A stretch of DNA of 64,000 bases from the human T2T-CHM13v2.0 reference genome, Homo sapiens (GCF_009914755.1 NC_060939.1); one strand, 5' to 3'. Positions 29,377 through 42,734 are shown, counted from the first letter of the stretch. Notes: a model not told the origin generated them from the letters alone. Made by a program: numbers and translations.

Positions 29377-29762
29377 CCCCGCAATAGGGCTGTTTTTCAG
29401 TGGCCCTTCAGAGATTGCTATGTGCTCCTGCACCTAGGGGCTGACCCCAGCTGAGTCACCTGCAGGTATCAGGGACACTGCCATGCTTGGTACCGCTTTA
29501 GAAAGATGCTGTTGGCAGCTGGCGGCCACATGGTGGAGGCCAGAAAGGAGGGGACAGCCAGGATTTCACGGGGTCAGAAGACAGAGGAAGAGGCCTGAGC
29601 CTCCGCCACAGTTCGAGGAGACAGAGGAGAAGATCTTCAGGGACAAGGAGTGGGGCTGCAGAACCAGTGGCCAAGGGCTGGGGGTGGGGCTGAGGGGGCC
29701 CATGCTGGGTTCTGGTGTCACTGTGCCCCAACCCCCCCCCATCTCCCCCGCCGTCCCTGCAG

Positions 29763-29900
29763 CACAGCCTATGCCCCTGAGGCCACCGACTACGATGTGC
29801 GGGTGCTACTGCGCTTCCCCCAGCGCGTGAAGAACCAGGGCACAGCAGACTTCCTCCCCAACCGGCCACGGCACACCTGGGAGTGGCACAGCTGCCACCA
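29763..29900 (+). CDS. LOXL1: LOXL1 exon 3 ([46 protein letters not shown])
   Basis: CTGCAG acceptor; donor CA|GTGAGT; 138 nt; first part of the copper-binding motif [11 protein letters not shown]. Confidence 0.98.
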
Positions 29901-30412
29901 GTGAGTGGGGAGGGGCTGGGCCCGTCCTCTTCCACTTCTCCTCTGGGCCAGGGACCTTGGTGCCTGAGCTCCCCTCCCACCATGAGCACTCTGGGAGACA
30001 CAGATACTGGATTAGAGGGCCCGGGGAGGTGTTACCTGCCAACTCTTTTCACTGGGGCAAGTGTTTCTCAGAGAAGCCTTAGCCAAAGCTAGGCTGGAAG
30101 ATGGATATAGAAGGATTGGTCTCAATCAGGGATGGAAATGTCTAGAATACAGGGCATTGCCCAGTGAGGCCATTACAGGTGGGAGCCCAAAAAGGAAGTG
30201 AGGGGTCTAGAGCATGTGCTGTCCTGGAGTGACCCAGCTAGGTGGGGAGCACAGAGGGGCCACCCCGCAGTACTCAGGAGACAGGAGAACCTAGACCAGC
30301 CAGGAGGCTGTGCCACAGCAGGGTCACCTGAGCCCATCTCAGGATGGGGACAGGATGAGAGGCCCAGGGAAGACTAGGCCCTCTTCTTTCTCCTTCTCTC
30401 CTCTGCCCCTAG

Positions 30413-30569
30413 GCATTACCACAGCATGGACGAGTTCAGCCACTACGACCTACTGGATGCAGCCACAGGCAAGAAGGTGGCCGAGGGCCACAAGGCCAGT
30501 TTCTGCCTGGAGGACAGCACCTGTGACTTCGGCAACCTCAAGCGCTATGCATGCACCTCTCATACCCAG
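30413..30569 (+). CDS. LOXL1: LOXL1 exon 4 ([14 protein letters not shown]...[28 protein letters not shown]), includes LTQ lysine K477
   Basis: TAG acceptor; donor CAG|GTTGGG; 157 nt; conserved LOX motifs HYHSM and HKASFCLED. Confidence 0.98.
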
Positions 30570-31152
30570 GTTGGGCTGGAGAGATGGGGTTTGGGGCATG
30601 GGAGGATAAGGAGTTGGGGAGGCAAAGAGCGAGGCCCGCTGAGGCCCGGCAAGTGCCAAGGCTTCTGGCCACTCAGCTCTGCTCACAGTGAAGGTCTTCT
30701 CACCAGTCCTCAGGCTGCCACACTGCCCTGCAGGGACTGTTCCCTCCCTGCCCCAGCCCCTTTCCCATGTTATTCCAGGTGATCTGCTCGTGGAGAGAAG
30801 GAAACATCGCAACAGTCTGGAGAGCAACACGTCCTATTGGCCTGTTCACCCACCCATATCCCTCTTTCCATCATCCACCCTAAATATCCACAAACTGTCC
30901 ATCTGTCCTGTCTCTTTTTATCCATTCTGCCATCCATCTCGTCCCTCCCACCTGGCTATTAGATATCTGTCTTTCCTCTGGTCCATCTAGCCAGTGGCTT
31001 TAGGAAGGTGTGGACCCACCCTGAGCAGTTGCCCTGGGCCAGGGTCAGGGGAGAAACCCAGGGGAAGGTGGGCCAGAAACTCCTGAAGGTGGGCGTGGGG
31101 TGGCTCTGGGAAACAAGCAGCATCACAGCCGCTCCTCTTGTCCCTTTCCCAG

Positions 31153-31248
31153 GGCCTGAGCCCAGGCTGCTATGACACCTACAATGCGGACATCGACTGC
31201 CAGTGGATCGACATAACCGACGTGCAGCCTGGGAACTACATCCTCAAG
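31153..31248 (+). CDS. LOXL1: LOXL1 exon 5 ([32 protein letters not shown]), includes LTQ tyrosine Y512
   Basis: CCCAG acceptor; donor AAG|GTGGGC; 96 nt; [16 protein letters not shown] motif. Confidence 0.98.
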
Positions 31249-32804
31249 GTGGGCCTCTGGGTCTGGGGCTTTCCCTCCAACCTGATGTTCATGTCCAATG
31301 TCCCCCCGTTCCTGAAAGAAGCTTCAGCCTCTGGGCCTGTTCCCTTCTCCCCAGCTGCCGAGCAGAGGCAGCATCTGAGGCATCACTTGAGGTTTAGGCT
31401 TCCCAGCCGAAGATTTAGGTCTCAGGCTGACATAGCCTCTCTTTCCATAAAGAACCCAGGGAACCTTTGCCCCAGCTGTGGTAATGCCAGAGGCAGTGGT
31501 GATACTGTCTCCCTAAGTGACAGAGGACCAGGGAGAGCAAGGAAGACTTGGAGAGCCATGTGGTCTATCTTCCTGTCTTCGGACAGGGCAGACTTTGTAT
31601 CATTTGGGAGACAGATGAGAGGCCCTCAGCTCCTTATAGGGACCCCTGCAAAGCCAAGGGCTCCTGTGACTAAGACCCTTTTAGCCTGAACCCCTCCTGC
31701 TCTAATGGACACTCACTCCATCACCTCTTCCCTTGGTTGAGGGAAAAGTAGAAAAGCATATTAACAACACACATCCAGACTTGGTACATCCGTGTAGGCC
31801 AGGTTGTCATGGGCCCACCTGGGGAAGCCATGTCTCAGCCTCCTCCACACAGGTATAAAATGAGTAGGGATCATTCCACCAGTTCATCTGGACCCACTCA
31901 GAAGCAGAAAAGCAGCTCAGTAAAGGCAGAGCAGTGAAGCCAGGTTTGCAGGCGGAGGCCTTCCCTGCAGAAAGTCAGCAGGTGGAGAGATGCATCCGGC
32001 AGCGGTTCTCTGCAGTTCCCTCCTGAGTGCTCTTCAGCAGGCTCCAAGCTTGCTCCTCCAGGGCCTGGGGTTGTCCAGTATATTTTTTCTTTTCCTCATT
32101 CATCCACTCAATCAACATGTAGGAAGTCCCCTCTGAGTTCTAGGCACTAGACACACAAACCACATAAGCAATGCAGTTCACAGTCCCTGCCCTTTGGGAG
32201 TGTACCAGGATTTGAAAGTTGCATCCCTGCATCTGTTCTTAGATGTTCTGCAAATAAAGCTGGCCCTACCCTAGTTAATCCAACATTTAAAAGTGTTGTA
32301 TCCCAACAGCTCCTTTTCAGACAAAAAGCACAGATCATACTTGGGCCATCATCTCAGTGAATGTTGGGCACGTGGGGCTCCAGAGCAGGGGATCAGACAG
32401 GCCCTCGATCAGTCACCTAGACAGGGATGCATAGGGAATGACTTTGAGCCTTGGATTTGGGGAGACCAGGTGTTGAATCCTGGCTCAGCTCCTCATTACT
32501 GCATTCCCTCGGGCAGGATCCAACCTCTCTGACCCCAAATGCCCCATGCGGGGCCCACCTGGCATAGGCTCTAGCTCTAGGGAAACATCCAATCTTCTGA
32601 TAAGGGGGATTAGATGATGTTTTCTTGGATTACCAGCTGCCTCTTCTTTCCCCTCTGTGTCTCTCTAGCAGTGTGTCTCTGTTCTCCCTCTCTCTGTCAC
32701 CTCTCTGTCTGTCTGTCTGCCTCTTTACCACCTTCTCTGGTGAGCAGTTGAGGTGCAGCCCCCCTGACTAGACTCCCTTTCTCCCTGTTTCTCTTCTTCC
32801 TCAG

Positions 32805-32920
32805 GTGCACGTGAACCCAAAGTATATTGTTTTGGAGTCTGACTTCACCAACAACGTGGTGAGATGCAACATTCACTACACAGGTCGCTACGTTTCTGCA
32901 ACAAACTGCAAAATTGTCCA
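32805..32920 (+). CDS. LOXL1: LOXL1 exon 6 ([39 protein letters not shown])
   Basis: Long pyrimidine tract + TCAG; donor CA|GTAAGA; 116 nt; VNP..V.ESD..NN motif. Confidence 0.97.
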
Positions 32921-33786
32921 GTAAGAGTTTGCCCACCACCCTTCCTGGCTCCGTCCCTTTCCTGCCTGGGGAGCAGGCAAGGCCACCTGAGATACCTAAG
33001 ATACCTGCACTTTAGGTCACCTTGATGGCCGAACGCAGCTGCAGCAGGGCCCATCAAAAAGAGCCTTGTCCGTGCCAACCCCAAGCTGAGTGTTTACGGT
33101 GGGGCTCAGGCCGTAGGGTGTTGATCTGGGGCTGCATCCTGTGGCTCCCTGAGATGTCCCAAGTGAAAACCAGCAGAAGGCAGAGTCATTTGATGCAAGG
33201 CCATGAGCTCTGCAGTCCCAGTTCCACAGCTTCCTCGCTATGTGACATTGGGTTACTTCCCTGAGCTACTTTCCTCAACTATAAAATAGGTATTTCCACA
33301 TAGGCTGGCAATGAGGATCTACAGGCCTGATGTCTGCATGTTCACAGTGGCACACAGTGAACAGCAGCTGTGATCATTAGTGTCCTTTTCAAGTGGACTG
33401 GATTAAACAGTCACAGATTAGAAGTGATTCTGGTTCAAAGGAGCCATCTTCAGTCCCTAGGCCCCCATTGTAGAAGAAGTGCCTAAAATCTGGGCTTGGG
33501 ATTTTGGCACATGCTGCTGGGTAGGGTCCTCAGTCTTTCTCCTGATTCCCCATGTGAAGTAGTTTGCAGAGGGACCCCTTGCTTACAAGCTCACAAGGAA
33601 ACCCCACCACACTCCAGATCGAAGCAACCCTTTTCCATTAAAAAAAAAAAAAAAAATTAGTCCTAGAGCTTTCAGCTTTAGTTCATCAACTGGGAGAAAG
33701 GTGGTAGAGATCTTAAGGCCCAGAGAGGTATCTTTCCCTAAAAGTGTGTACTTATTAATGGATGGCAGGTATGAGAGATTAAGCCT

Positions 33787-34117
33787 ATGACTATGGTCAG
33801 GGTGTGGTGTATGGCCAGGGTCAGGATTCAGTCTGTGACAAGGGTTAGGGCTCAGTGTGTGACAAGGGTTAGGACTCAATGTGTGACCAGGATCAAGGCT
33901 CAGTGTGTGACCAGGATCAGGGTTCAGTGTATACCTAGGGTCAGGGCCCAGTGTGTGACCAGGGTCAGGGCTCAGTCTGTGACCAGAGTCAGGGCCCAGT
34001 GTGTAGCCAGGCTCAGGGCTCAGTGTGTGACCAGGATCAGGGCTCAGTGTGTGACCAGGATCAGGGCTTAGTGTGTGGCCAGGGTCAGGGCTCAGTCTGT
34101 GACCAGAGCCAGGCTCA
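33787..34117. repeat. 24-bp tandem array (about 14 units) in intron 6
   Basis: Consensus GTGACCAGG(G/A)TCAGGGCTCAGTGT with exact 24-nt period; produces 8-aa periodic ORFs. Confidence 0.95.
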
Positions 34118-35176
34118 TTTAGAGACAGCCCTCTCACACTTGGTTGCTACCATCAACCTAACTGTTCACAGCATGCTGCCACCACATCATGAATATTAAA
34201 AATGGGAACAGCAGCCTCCAGTTCAGTGCAGAGATTAGGTTCCTCATGAGCAGAATGAGATCAGAATTCCCCAGGGCACACAGCATGTTTGAAAGGACGA
34301 ACTCCTGTCCCATCACTGGCAGTTTGGCTCTTTAGCAGGCCTGGGTTTCCAGCACATTCCTGCTCCTCAGGGCCTGTCTTAGCCATTCAAGACCCAGGGT
34401 CACCTAAGTGGTAGAAGCCATTCTAGGGAAGGAGGAGGAAGGAAGAAGGGGGTATCCAGGAAACAAAGGAGGCTGCTGGGGGCTCGGGGAGGCAGGGAAT
34501 CCCTCCTGCTGCTGGGAAAGGGGGATGGGAACAGAAACAGCATCCCACGTGCCAGGCGCCTGGAGCAGCCAGGAGGGCTGTCGGCAGGGCAGATGGAGAA
34601 GCAGCCTGCGCGGCCCTCCCAGCTCCCCGGGGGCCTGTGGGCAGCAGGGGGAGCCAAAGCCCTTCCTTCCAAGAGCTCTTTACATAAGTGCTTGGAAAGG
34701 CCGGGCCTTATTAGAGTGTCTCAGTCTCTGTGACCCTGACCGCAGGCAGGCAGCTGGGCCAGCGTGCACAGGAAGCTGGACAGAGCGTTCCCAGAAAGGC
34801 CACGGGACTGACGCCTGTGGGTTTCCATCGTGTTTCTGGAGGAAAAAGGAGGCTTAAAAAAAAAAAAGTACTGAGTTAGAAAAAACAAGAAAGTATTTCC
34901 AGACAGTAGCAGCTCTGCTAATGGCCTAGAAAACAATCTGGGACTAGGGCATGGGGAGGGGAATGTGCTGAGACTGTGCCCTGGGTGGGTGGGAGTCCAT
35001 CAAACCCCTCCTTTTGGAGCTGGGCTGAGGGGGTCGGAACTTTCTCTTGAGGGAAATGTAGGCCCATGCCTGCCCTGCCACGAGGGATCTGGGCTGTGGG
35101 AGGGACGCCCTGGCTGAGGAGGCCACGGGGGCCTACTTTGCAGCCCCTCATTGACCCACTGTCTTTCCTTCCTCAG

Positions 35177-35183
35177 ATCCTGA
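35177..35183 (+). CDS. LOXL1: LOXL1 exon 7 coding part (completes Q573, then S574 and TGA); 3' UTR continues to about 35485
   Basis: Acceptor TTTCCTTCCTCAG|A TCC TGA; total CDS 1725 nt = 574 aa, matching known LOXL1 length. Confidence 0.93.
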
Positions 35184-35462
35184 TCTCCGGGAGGGACAGA
35201 TGGCCAATCTCTCCCCTTCCAAAGCAGGCCCTGCTCCCCGGGCAGCCTCCCGCCGAGGGGCCCAGCCCCCAACCCACAGGCAGGGAGGGGCATCCCTCCC
35301 TGCCGGCCTCAGGGAGCGAACGTGGATGAAAACCACAGGGATTCCGGATGCCAGACCCCATTTTATACTTCACTTTTCTCTACAGTGTTGTTTTGTTGTT
35401 GTTGGTTTTTATTTTTTATACTTTGGCCATACCACAGAGCTAGATTGCCCAGGTCTGGGCTG

Positions 35463-35468
35463 AATAAA
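35463..35468 (+). terminator. LOXL1: LOXL1 polyadenylation signal AATAAA
   Basis: AATAAA about 280 nt after the stop codon, preceded by U/GU-rich tracts and followed by a T/GT-rich segment. Confidence 0.85.
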
Positions 35469-38237
35469 ACAAGGTTTTTCTACTCTGTGGCTCTGCATGC
35501 GGCCTGCTGGCTGGCTGGCCAGCCACAGCTAGTTTGGGCCTGGGGGATGTCCTTAGGCATCATCCTTCCCCTCGCCAAATGTGGAAAGGGCAGCCATCAC
35601 CCGGTCAGGACCACAGTGACCATGAGGGCGCTGAGCCCATCGTGGAAGCCTGTGGGGTTGAGCCCTTGGCCAAGCCTGTCGCATGGGAATGGGACCACAT
35701 CCGACTAGGGGAGGGCCCTGCAGCGGGGTGGGCGGCACCAGCCTGCTCTCCCTGCTCAGCCCCTGCTCCTATCTGGGCTCGTGTGCCCACTGCTGCCCCT
35801 TCTCAGCCTTCAGCCTCACACTCCCACCGGTCCCCCTCCTGGCCCTCTCACTCTCACACCGTTCACTCTCCACCAGCCACCCACTCCCTTACAATTGCAG
35901 GCTCCCGAACTCAAGTCTCCTGAAGGCCAGGTGCTGTGCTAGGGCACACGCAGGAGCATCGTAGCTTCTGCCCTCAGGGAGCGCATAACCACAGGGAACG
36001 GGGAGCACGCGGTGCCCAGTGAGGCAGCACCTAGGGGTTCTGGGGAGCCTTCACATGGGAGAGAGCCTCCTTCCAGGCAGGGAGGGGAGAAGAGGATTCT
36101 TGGCAGAGAGACAGCATTGAGCAGAGATCATGAGGTGGGGCTGCAGGCCGACAGGGTGTGAGTGGGAGATGGAGGGAGGCCCCGCAGCCCTGCAGCCCCC
36201 GTCCCCTGCCCTGGCTGTGGCATCCCAGAGGTCCTGGACACTGGAATGGACCAGGAAGAAGTGAGAGGGTGGTGCCTCTCCTCCTCGAGGCCCTGAACAA
36301 CGAGCCCTCGGGATGCCTCCAGACCCACCTGCTTCCCTGTGGGGGCAACACCAGTGAGAAAGGGAAAGAGACTTTGTCCAAGTACCAGGGCTCTGGGTTC
36401 CAGGGCCAATCCTGCTCACTGCTGTGTGACTGTGGGCAAGTCAGACTTCATCTCCGGGCCTCAGTTTCCTCATGAGTAAGATGGGAATGCTCTCCTGCCT
36501 GGCTCCCACACTGACATGGAGAGTTGATGAGCTACTGCTGCAGGGGAGGTGCCGGGGGAGCTACAGGGTGTCAGCACCCACCCCTCCAGATCTTGGTGAG
36601 CCCCAGCCCATTTGCAGAGGTCCTCCAAGAAGGTGTCCCCTGCTTTTGGCTCTGATGCGATCCTTGCCTCAGGGTCCCTAGTAGCAAGGAGGTTTTCTGG
36701 TGCAGTAGAGAGGGAGGGCTTCTTGGAGCCATGCTATGCATCCAGGAGGGTTCTGGCCCAGTCCCCTGGAGCCCTTGGGCCACTCACCAGCCCAGGCAGC
36801 AGGGTGGAGTGGGTGTGGCTGCAGCCCTCCCTCGGCCCTTCCTCTGCAGGTCTGGCTGGGATTTAACTCTGCTGACAGGGTAGGTGCCGCAGCTCTGCCA
36901 CTCTCCCTCTGGAGCTGGACCAGGACGGGTGAGAGGAGTACAGGCACATGCCTGTCATCCAGGGCTGCCATTCTGCTGCATCCCCTGCCGGTGTGTGCTT
37001 CCCAAGATGCTGTCCTTATTGCAGCCCCACCCCCTCTCCTTCCTAGATACTCCCAGGAGTGAGCTTGGGAGGGGGTCAGACAAGGTCAACCAATTCCAGA
37101 CTGTCAGGAGGCCCGTATGAGGTAGAGACAAAAGCCCCCATTTCTCAGGTCAGAAAACTGAAGCCTGTCTGAGACCACAGGCAAGTTCAAGGCAGACACA
37201 GTGCTGGAGCTCACGTCTCTAAGCCCTAGGCCAGGGCCAAATGCCGGGTGTGTGCAGTTTTCTGGGGAGATCTGTACCCTCAGCAGATGAGCTATGGCCC
37301 TGAACACAGAATTGGATGGAAGGAGAGAGTAAGGGTGGCTTTTCCAAAAAGCCCACACATCACAAAGTGTGGGGAGGTGGGGAGCACACAAGGAGACTCC
37401 CAGACACAGTGCTCCCGCGTGCCCATGAACCTTTGGCCTGAAGTTCAGATTCTAGGGGGGCTGGTGGATGTCCCCAAGCCTGCCATCAGAGTGAGGACAC
37501 CTGGGCCAGTCCTCACATGCTGGGAGGACTCTGAGATTAGATCTCTGGGGAGGGGCTTCAGATACCCCTTTGCCCCCCAAAAAGCAGAGGAGGCTTTCAC
37601 CCAAAGGAGAAGAGAGATAGAGAGAGAAGAGAGAAGACAGCCGTGACGCGCAGGGACCAGGGCAGCCCTCACCGCTTCCTGGCTGACCTGTCAGGGCCCT
37701 ATCAGTGCAGCTTCACGGCACTGCCCAGCAGTGACGGCCCCTCGGGAAAGGAGATGCAGCTGCTCCCACCTCAGGGGGCAGGGTTTCCTCAGGTATTTTG
37801 ACTCCATGTAGAATGGCAGAGTCTCCCTGAGAATGGGGAGAGAAAAACTGTCAAGACGGCAGGGGCCCAGCAGGCGCTGAGCTGAGGAGGGCGGCTGGGA
37901 GAGGAGTGCTCTCCCAGCTCGGCCTCGGCCTCTTGAGGTCTGTCTGGCTGTCACTGCATGGAGGAACAGCCTGCTTGTTCCTTGTTCTTGCTGTCACCTG
38001 GCTCGGGCCCCTCCCTAGATAGAGCTCACCTGTTGGGCTCACCCCACCAAGCCAGGCCCAGGGAGGGGTGTGTGAGGCCCACTGGAGGCCAGGTCACGTG
38101 ACGCAGGGACTCAGGCCCACTGGTCCCTTCACCCTTCCGTTTGCCCCTTCAAGGCCAGCTGAAACCCCGATTTCTCGAAGCCTTCCTTAACCATCCCCTC
38201 TCCCCTTCAACTGGGGTGCACTGTGTGGCCTCATTCA

Positions 38238-38675
<438 letters not shown>

Positions 38676-41670
38676 TCACTCCTGACCCAGCACCTCCTTC
38701 TGGGCTGCACAGACCAAGAGGGTCTCTGCTGGTACACTGGGCACTGGTGTGCAGGAATCCACCTGGGCTGTAAGGGCCTCAAGTCACCTGCCCAGCATCC
38801 CTCCCTGTCCTCTTCTTGCTCAGCCCCAGGGCTGGGGAGCTCACTGCTTCTCGAGACATTTGCTGTTAGAAACACCTTGAGGTGAAACAGACCCCCACCC
38901 CTTGCCCCGCAGCCTTCCCTTGGGCTGGTCCTCGGGGTCTACTAAGTAAATGACTCTGGTGGATGTGACTGGACAGCAGGAAGGACAGAGACAGCAGAGG
39001 CGACACCTGGCAGGGGGCACAGCTGTGGCCCTGACTCTGTCCTTCAGTGGGCCTCAGTCTCCCTATCTGTCCTGAGGGGGCTGAGTGTCTTGCTAGTCCT
39101 TACCTGGCAGAGAAGAAGGGGCAGGGGAAGAGAAGAGAGGGAGGGGAGGAAATGGGAGGTAGAAGGAGGCTGGGTAGGGAGTGATAGGCAAAGTCCAGCC
39201 TGGGGGAAGGTGGGCAAGCAGCAGGGGGACTGCCTCAGAAGGGGAGCAGGGAGCCAGCAGAGGCACTGCTAGGGCTGCAGCCTGGTGAGGGCTGGGGCGT
39301 TATCTGGCTTGGAGGATGCCACAGAGAGAGGCCTGAAGTGGGGGTACTGGACCTCAAACCAGGGCTGGCCTGAAACCCTTGGAAGGGCCTGCTAATAGAG
39401 ACAGAGGTGCCCTGGGCCCTTGGCAGGGCGGGGTGGGCTCTGAAAGCCAGCCCAGACCTGACCCCTCTGCGGCCTACCATCTTGGCCACAGCCTTGACCT
39501 TCTCCCTCCCCCTGCACCTCAGATGCCCACACCCCCTGTGCATTACACTGTGCGCTCCCACCCAGGGCAGCAGCCCCCTGCAGGGAGGGCCCAGGCTAAA
39601 ATCCCACCCATTCTGTTTCCTCTCCTTCCACTAGAATCCCACCTGTTTTGAGAAGTTGGCAGGGCCTGTGTTAGGGAAGCACCTGATAACCAACGTGAGA
39701 ATGGTGGCGCTGGTCCCATGTCCTGTCTCACTTTTAGATGAAGAGCTTCTTCATCCTCAAAAAAAATGACTCAGAAGAGAGCCCTTTAATAGACTGCTCG
39801 GCTAGGGGTGGAGGGCTCGTAAGGATATTTACAGATCCTTGAAAACAGAGCTTCCAGCATTTAACCCTGAAGAGAGCTGGAGCCTGGGCCCCAACTCCTT
39901 ACCCCACCTGAGCCTCCTCTCTGCACTGGAGGCCTCTGAGCCTGACTCCGCGCACCCCACGCTGGCCCACAAGCCAAGGCTCCTTCTGATGCCCCCTGAG
40001 GCTGCTGGCATTGGCCAGGGCTCCATCAGCACCTCCTTGGGTGGGGGGGATTACCGCTTTCCCTACTTACTCCAGCCTTGGTTAGGGGGCCCATTTCCCA
40101 GCTCCTGCCAGGCTCTCCACCCATTTGTGGTCAAGGCAAGAGAGACCACACCCCCTTGAATGTCCAGGCACTGAGTCCCTGCCGGCTACTCATACGGATG
40201 GGCCCTCCCCAGCCATTCCTCACCACGGCTGCGTCCGGATCCACACCACAACCACAGCATTGTTGGAAAGCAACTGCACACCTCCCTGCAACTTCCCCTC
40301 GCATCCCCCAGACTGAGTCATGCAGGCGGTGCCCGTGGGCAGACCTGGCCAGGGTTGGCACCAGCTGGCCAGAGAGAATGAGAGGCACTGACCACACCCA
40401 GGAACCTCGCTAAAGCCCATGCATAAGGGTCAGGAGAGCAGCCAGATGCTGGGACCCAAGGGTGCCTGTGACACACACCACCCTGAAAGTTGCAGCTGAG
40501 CTTTTCTGAGAAGGATGGCAAAGTCCTGGAAAAGCTTTAACGACAAAACTCAACATATGGAAGGCAGAGGAAGCAGGTAAGGATTCTGGTCTCCTTTTAT
40601 GTGAAATAGCTTTAAAAAAAACTTTTTCAAAATCACGTTTAATATGCGTTGAGCCCCCTGGCTACCAGGTGGGAAAGTCAAAGTCCTGAATCATTTACTC
40701 CCACCCTAGACACCTTGAACTTCAGAACTTCAGAGAGGAGTCCTGTGGTCTTTAGTCCTCCTGGTCACCGCTCCCTGGCTGATTCACTCTCCTCCAGGGG
40801 CGGTGTCTCCACTTCCTGCAAAGCTTGGGCACATGGGCAGCCATGTCCCTCGAGGTTCGCCACCTCCCCAGGGCACTGCCAGGAGGCACTGTCCTCGTTA
40901 CTAGCAGAGCCAGAGCCACCACCACAACCATAGCCACCACCTCCCCAGCCCAGGGAACTCTCCCAGCCTCTTTCCTCGGCCTGTCTTCACTCCCTTCTAA
41001 CTACTCACTCTTTTCCTCTTCCTCTCTGGGGCAACCTTCCATCATCCCTGCCATGTGCCTTGGTTCAAGGAATCAGCTTTGGATTCTGGCCCTTAAGATG
41101 AGGAGTCACAAGTACCTCCTAGGAATGAGAAAGAGGAAAAGACCTAGCAGGGGAATGCCAATAATATTAGTGACACTCACTAATTTCTTCAACACTTAGC
41201 CATGGGCCAGGCCCTGCTCTAAATGCTCTACAAAGGTTAAGCCCATTTAATCCTCACAAGAACTCTATGAGGGAGACACTGTCATTCCCATTTTGTAGAT
41301 GGACAAACTGAGGCACAGAGAAGTCATGTGACTTGCCCTAGTTCCGTCAGCTAGTGAATGGGAGAGCCAGAATTCCAACACAGGCACATTTCTGGAGACA
41401 GGGCATAGGTTCCTCCAGATCCTCAAAGGCATGTGGGACCAGGAAAGAAGCCATAGGTCTGTGCTCTGAAACATGGCAAGAACACTGTTCAAACCATCCC
41501 ATCATCTCCTTCCTCCACGAGTCCTCTAGAATCATGTGTGGCTCCTGGAAACCGCAGCTTGAAAAGGATTGGTGAGAAGCCTAATTCCTCCTAGAAGTAG
41601 TGTGGTAGTGTAATTCAGACTTAGATTGTTCTTTATGGGTGAGAGAGAGGGCAAATTACAATAGATAAAC

Positions 41671-41970
41671 TGGCTGGGTGCCGTGGCTCATGCCTGTAAT
41701 CTCAGCACTTTGGGAGCCTGAGGTGGGTGGATCGTTTGAGCCCAGGAGTCTGAGATCAGCCTGGGAAACATGGTGAAACCCTGTCTCTACAAAATACACA
41801 AAAATTAGCGGGGCTTGGTGGTGCACGCCTATAGTCTCAGCTATCTGGGAGGCTGAGGTGGGAGGATTGCTTGAGCTCAGGAAGTGGAGGTTGCAGTGAG
41901 TTGAGATTGTGCTGCCGTACTCCAGCCTGGGCAACAGAGTGAAGCCCTGTCTCAAAAATAAATAAATAAA
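41671..41970 (+). mobile_element. AluJ-like element
   Basis: TTGAGCCCAGGAG and GGAGGATTGCTTGAGC diagnostics; (AAAT)n tail. Confidence 0.9.
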
Positions 41971-42460
41971 TCATCGGCTAGTCAACAAAATATTAATAGA
42001 AAAATATGGGATTAGAAGGGATAAGAACACAGCCATGGAGATGACTTTTGAAATTGAAGAAACTAGTGCATGCTTATAAATTGGAGTGTCCCAACATTAA
42101 ATAATAATTTTCTAGTATTTCTAAATTGCCAAAATTGACTCGAGTGAAAAGCACAAAAAGACCAATTACCACAGAAGAAAATTTAAAAATTATCATCTCT
42201 AAGAAAGACACCAGCCCTAGGGAGTTTTAGCATGAGTTATTTCAAACTGGAAGAACAGTGAATTTCTGTGTTATGTAAACTCTTCCAGAGCATATGGGGA
42301 AAATGCTGAATTGATTTTATGCTTCTGAATTGATTTTATTAAGCTAATCCTAACACCAAACTCTGATAAAGATTGCTATCCTGCGCCACCCACCCTCACG
42401 CTGATAACCACAGACCAATTTTACTCCTGGCTGTGAATACAGAAGTCCTGGATAAAATGC
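41971..42460 (+). mobile_element. Degenerate L1 ORF2 (reverse-transcriptase region) fragment
   Basis: AACCACAGACCAATTTTACTC...GAAGTCCTGGATAAAAT resembles the codons for NYRPISL...KILNKI; frame disrupted. Confidence 0.55.
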
Positions 42461-42734
42461 CACCAGTGGAATCCTGTACCATTGTAATACCAGATGCAGC
42501 CCGTGTTTGGCATGCTTTCCCCTCCACCAGATGTGTGCTAGGGCAAAACTGGAACCTGATATCTGGGTCCAGGCAATTTGGACACAACATTCACTTCTGT
42601 GGTCCTAAGCGCCCCCTCTCAGGAAGCAAAGAGTAAAATGAAGCAGGTGTCCAAAGCTTGCAAATATGCAGAAAGGCTACAGCTTGGATTACTGCTGTTG
42701 ACTGGCAACATAGTTAACCACAATATCCTGTTAG

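Noticed and set aside
33583-34199. Periodic ORFs (PDPGHTLS / CDQDQGSV / TRVRAQCV) and a CRISPR-like appearance
   Set aside because: Translation artefacts of a 24-bp tandem repeat open in several frames; no unique spacers and no cas genes; eukaryotic intron
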